From a virus: a stretch of 59,235 nucleotides of DNA. Shown here piece by piece: positions 56,196 to 59,235 of the stretch. The position numbers and the translations under genes are program-made. Each line of letters starts with the position of its first letter. The stretch's first letter is position 1. The notes under the pieces are model-generated. The model searched no databases, had not been told where the DNA came from, and saw only the letters and a program-made list of their open reading frames with translations. The stretch is from UHGV virus genome UHGV-0193504. One strand, written 5' to 3'.

Positions 56196-56850
56196 CATTA
56201 TGAGCGGATACGAGAAGATCTTCGAGGACGGCTACAAGGCTGGCCGTGCGTCGGTTGTGCTGCCGCATCCGTGCGACGGGGAGCTGTACAAGGATTGGCT
56301 TCTAGTAGAGCATATTGCAAAGGTGCTGGAAGAGGCTAAAGAAGTGGTCGATGCGTATATTGATCTTATCAAAGACCCGAAGAATCCAGAGCGAATAAAG
56401 CATCTTGCGGACGAATGTACCGATGTACAGGTTGCTGCTACTGGTGTCATGCATAAGCTGGGTTACGGCGAGGAAGAGCGCCAGCGTGTTATGAAGGAAA
56501 TCAACGAGAGTAATGCAAAGCGCGATGGCGGCAAGCGGTTTGCTAAACACCCACTTGATGAGATACATGAACGTCTCTACATAGGGAAAACTTTTTCCAC
56601 TTCTGGTGTTGGAGTCGAACAGAGTGACAAAGAAACATTCAAGGACGGCGACAAAGTAAAGATTATCATACCGGAAAACGAGATTCGCCAAAAAGAGAAA
56701 GAGGGAGATGTGCGTAAAGCGCAAGAGATGATTATAACAAGCAACAGCATTGGATGTGTTGTTTGTTATAATACTAGCCTTGATACATATGCTTTAGAAG
56801 TGGCTGGTCGCATCGTCGGCGTGCCTGCTGAATGGCTGGAGAAGGTGTGA
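56182..56850 (+). CDS. MazG-like NTP pyrophosphatase domain protein
   Basis: KVLEEAKEV..LADECTDV motif. Confidence 0.55.
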   Translation: MKKDDIMSGYEKIFEDGYKAGRASVVLPHPCDGELYKDWLLVEHIAKVLEEAKEVVDAYIDLIKDPKNPERIKHLADECTDVQVAATGVMHKLGYGEEERQRVMKEINESNAKRDGGKRFAKHPLDEIHERLYIGKTFSTSGVGVEQSDKETFKDGDKVKIIIPENEIRQKEKEGDVRKAQEMIITSNSIGCVVCYNTSLDTYALEVAGRIVGVPAEWLEKV

Positions 56851-56853
56851 AAA

Positions 56854-57312
56854 ATGGCGCTGAGAGATAACCTGAAATATTTTCGGAAGAAAGCAGGGTA
56901 TCGAACTGGAAAAGATTTTGCTAATGCAATCGGAATAAATGTACCAACTTACATGACGTATGAAGCAGCAAATAGGGCTAAAGCGTGTTGGCCGAGCGAA
57001 GAGGTTCTCATCAAGATAGCTTCTGCATTGCGTGTCTCTATTGATGATTTGCTTGGATACCATGTCCCCGACGACACAGAAGAAAAAGATACTAGCGACG
57101 CGGTGAATCATCCAGACTATTACAATCACGGCATCGAAGTTATTGATTTTGTCGAGAGCCACAATCTGAACTTTAACCGCGGCTCCGCTATCAAATATCT
57201 CGTGAGAGCAGGCTTGAAGCGCAAAGACAAAGAAGACGAAGATATCGAGAAAGCTAGGTGGTTTGTAGATCGCGAGCTTGAACGTGTAAGGAAGGCGAAA
57301 AAAGATGGCTAA
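56854..57312 (+). CDS. XRE HTH fused to DUF3310
   Basis: N-terminal HTH; VNHPDYY..IEVIDF..AIKYLVRAG.K..EDIEKARWF. Confidence 0.8.
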   Translation: MALRDNLKYFRKKAGYRTGKDFANAIGINVPTYMTYEAANRAKACWPSEEVLIKIASALRVSIDDLLGYHVPDDTEEKDTSDAVNHPDYYNHGIEVIDFVESHNLNFNRGSAIKYLVRAGLKRKDKEDEDIEKARWFVDRELERVRKAKKDG

Positions 57313-57901
57313 AATATACGCGCTATACAAAGGCGACGAGTACATTGCAGACGGTACGCTGGAAGAGCTTGCAGGCAAGACTGGCAAGAAGCTAGCATCG
57401 CTAGAATGGATGTTGACGCCGACGGCTAAGAAGAGAGCTGGCGCAGGCTCTTCGGTTCTCGTCTATCTCGGCGAAGAGATAAATGTCAAGAGGTGTGTCG
57501 TATGCGGCAAGGCGTTTCGAGCGAAGTCACACCCGAACAAGAAATACTGCTCTGAAGAGTGCCAGAAAGCTGGTGCAAAAATTTTGTGGATGAAGAGAAC
57601 AGACGAGCAGAAAAAATTCTCTCATCTGCCGGAAAGCGAACGCAAGCGCAAGTGCGTATCTTGCGGGAAAACGTTTGTCGCAAATCGCTCGGACCAGCGT
57701 TATTGCTCGAAGCGATGCAGTAGTAATGGCGGCGGCTACAGAGGTACAATGCTCAAGCTGCCGCCGCAGAAGCGTAGGTACGAGTCTCATATCGAAGAGA
57801 TTAACGCGCAGGCACGGGCGCAGGGCAAGAGCTACGGACAGCTGCAAGCTGAGAAGCTGATCGCGAGATTGCATGAGGAAATGAGCGGGGTGAGAGCATG
57901 A
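57305..57901 (+). CDS. Zn-ribbon DNA-binding protein
   Basis: YALYKGDE N-terminus, two CxxCGK.F..YCS..C repeats, SYGQLQA C-terminus. Confidence 0.65.
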   Translation: MAKIYALYKGDEYIADGTLEELAGKTGKKLASLEWMLTPTAKKRAGAGSSVLVYLGEEINVKRCVVCGKAFRAKSHPNKKYCSEECQKAGAKILWMKRTDEQKKFSHLPESERKRKCVSCGKTFVANRSDQRYCSKRCSSNGGGYRGTMLKLPPQKRRYESHIEEINAQARAQGKSYGQLQAEKLIARLHEEMSGVRA

Positions 57902-58209
57902 GTAGAAACGCGGCTATATACTACGGCCGTGAATTGAGAAAGGCGTTGCGAGAGAAAGACGAGATTATCGAAAGAATAATCGAAAATGAATCGTACATAT
58001 ACAGAGAGACCATACAAGAACAGCGTTTTCATTACGACATAGCATTGGAGATGATTAATAAATATGAGAGATTACTAGATTACCTAGCTGATAGGTTCTC
58101 GAATTATTGTGATGAATGTCCGAAGCGCAAAGAATGTGAGGGGCGTTTGCTAGATCGTGAGTGTGCGGAAAAGCTCAAAAAATACTGGAAGGAGAAGTTT
58201 AGCTTATGA
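57898..58209 (+). CDS. Cys-rich paralog 1
   Basis: KYERLL..CDECP..C..C..W. Confidence 0.55.
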   Translation: MSRNAAIYYGRELRKALREKDEIIERIIENESYIYRETIQEQRFHYDIALEMINKYERLLDYLADRFSNYCDECPKRKECEGRLLDRECAEKLKKYWKEKFSL

Positions 58210-58436
58210 GTAATAATCAGAACAAGGTGGTGAAGTTGCGTAATAAAAATAAGATGTACAAGAAAGCCCTTGAGTATGCAGCGTCTGACTATCTAGGTAA
58301 ATTTGATGACTGCCGCCTATGCAGCTTTGAGTACGAGTGCAAAGTACGCAATCAAAATGAAGTAGATGAGTGTATGGATACTGTCATAAAAGGATGGAAA
58401 GAAAGAGGGAAGTGCGATGTCGAATACGATTGTTGA
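58206..58436 (+). CDS. Cys-rich paralog 2
   Basis: MYKKAL..CRLC..C..C..W. Confidence 0.55.
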   Translation: MSNNQNKVVKLRNKNKMYKKALEYAASDYLGKFDDCRLCSFEYECKVRNQNEVDECMDTVIKGWKERGKCDVEYDC

Positions 58437-58665
58437 CGAACTAAAGAAGAAAGTGCTCGAATTGTGCGACACGATTGATAAGCAGAACGACTTGATTAAT
58501 AAGTACCAGAAAGCGCTGAGGATTGCTGCTGATAATATGGTGGATAGTGTCAGCTGTTGGACCTGCCCGTTGGCATCTATTTGTGAAAGCAAATATGAAT
58601 ACACGGGACTTACTTGTAGTGAAATGTTCGTCGAAGAATGGGGAGAGGAAGCGGGGATAGAATGA
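58417..58665 (+). CDS. Cys-rich paralog 3
   Basis: KYQKAL..CWTCP..C..C..W. Confidence 0.55.
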   Translation: MSNTIVDELKKKVLELCDTIDKQNDLINKYQKALRIAADNMVDSVSCWTCPLASICESKYEYTGLTCSEMFVEEWGEEAGIE

Positions 58666-58901
58666 ACGACCTCGAAGTAAAGCGAGAAAGAAGATTGTAC
58701 AGGCGCATGTTTGACCGCTTGCTTTGGGAATACGCTCACAGACCCGATTGCTATTATTGCCCATTCGGCCAGTTTTGCCCGCAATGGAAGGCAGGAGCAA
58801 AGCCAGACGCATCGGAATGCATGAATTATATCGAAGCGGAGATAAGAAAGATATGCGAGGAGGAAATTTCGCATGATGAGGAACACGAATCTACAGATTG
58901 A
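58662..58901 (+). CDS. Cys-rich paralog 4
   Basis: LYRRMF..CYYCP..C..C. Confidence 0.5.
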   Translation: MNDLEVKRERRLYRRMFDRLLWEYAHRPDCYYCPFGQFCPQWKAGAKPDASECMNYIEAEIRKICEEEISHDEEHESTD

Positions 58902-59034
58902 GATCAGCACGCTGACGATGCTGCGATATGCCGCGCTGGCTGGCTTCGGTTTTACACTCGGCATCCTCGGCGCGGCTGAGGTAGTGTGGATACTGTGGGC
59001 ACTTGTGCAAGCGGCGAAGGGGGCGATAGCATGA
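58873..59034 (+). CDS. small membrane protein (53 aa)
   Basis: GAGGAGG RBS; hydrophobic core. Confidence 0.4.
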   Translation: MMRNTNLQIEISTLTMLRYAALAGFGFTLGILGAAEVVWILWALVQAAKGAIA

Positions 59035-59225
59035 TCGAGCTTTACGGAATTTGCGGAAACAAGATAGCGTTCAACCCGTACAGTGTGGATTATATTCAGG
59101 ACAGCAAGATGCAAGGAATCAGATGCACGCTCATATGCTTCAATAGCGGGAAGAAAGTCTTTGTTGATGAGAAATATGAGGATGTTAAGCGGATGCTGGA
59201 TGACGCCTTAGTAGCAGAAGTATAG
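59031..59225 (+). CDS. FlbD-like small protein
   Basis: IAFNP..V.YI..TLI.F.SG.KV.V.E..EDV pattern. Confidence 0.5.
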   Translation: MIELYGICGNKIAFNPYSVDYIQDSKMQGIRCTLICFNSGKKVFVDEKYEDVKRMLDDALVAEV

Positions 59226-59235
59226 AGGTGATAGC

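Overview
The window appears to be one complete, circularly permuted temperate phage genome. The last bases GAGGTGATAGC supply the RBS for the ATG at position 1, and an intact attP-like region sits beside the integrase. The structural module is podovirus-like: TerS, TerL with a class 3 LAGLIDADG intein, portal, scaffold, capsid, adaptors, tail/nozzle and ejection proteins, including a Hint-domain protein and a 3511-aa polyvalent protein. It is followed by lysis, integration/immunity, accessory and replication/recombination modules. A diderm Firmicute (Negativicutes-like) host is only an inference. The most striking locus is 52056-53597. A small RAMP/Cas7-like gene is followed immediately by a 416-nt non-coding array of GGY-NN pentamers in seven units separated by 4-nt GGCA delimiters, then a hairpin and a partner gene. 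No cas1/cas2 or CRISPR array is present, which suggests an RNA-guided system whose information lies in the variable dinucleotides. Other highlights are a four-cassette tail-fibre shufflon whose recombinase survives only as a 31-codon stump, an IS200/IS605 (tnpA+tnpB) element splitting a 443-aa membrane gene in frame, a duplicated promoter-to-terminator sRNA-like unit, a tRNA-like/ncRNA cluster, three promoters sharing a fixed-distance TTTGCAA motif, and an HNH gene in frame with an ssb that lacks an ATG. All family calls come from motif recognition by eye, not from database searches.
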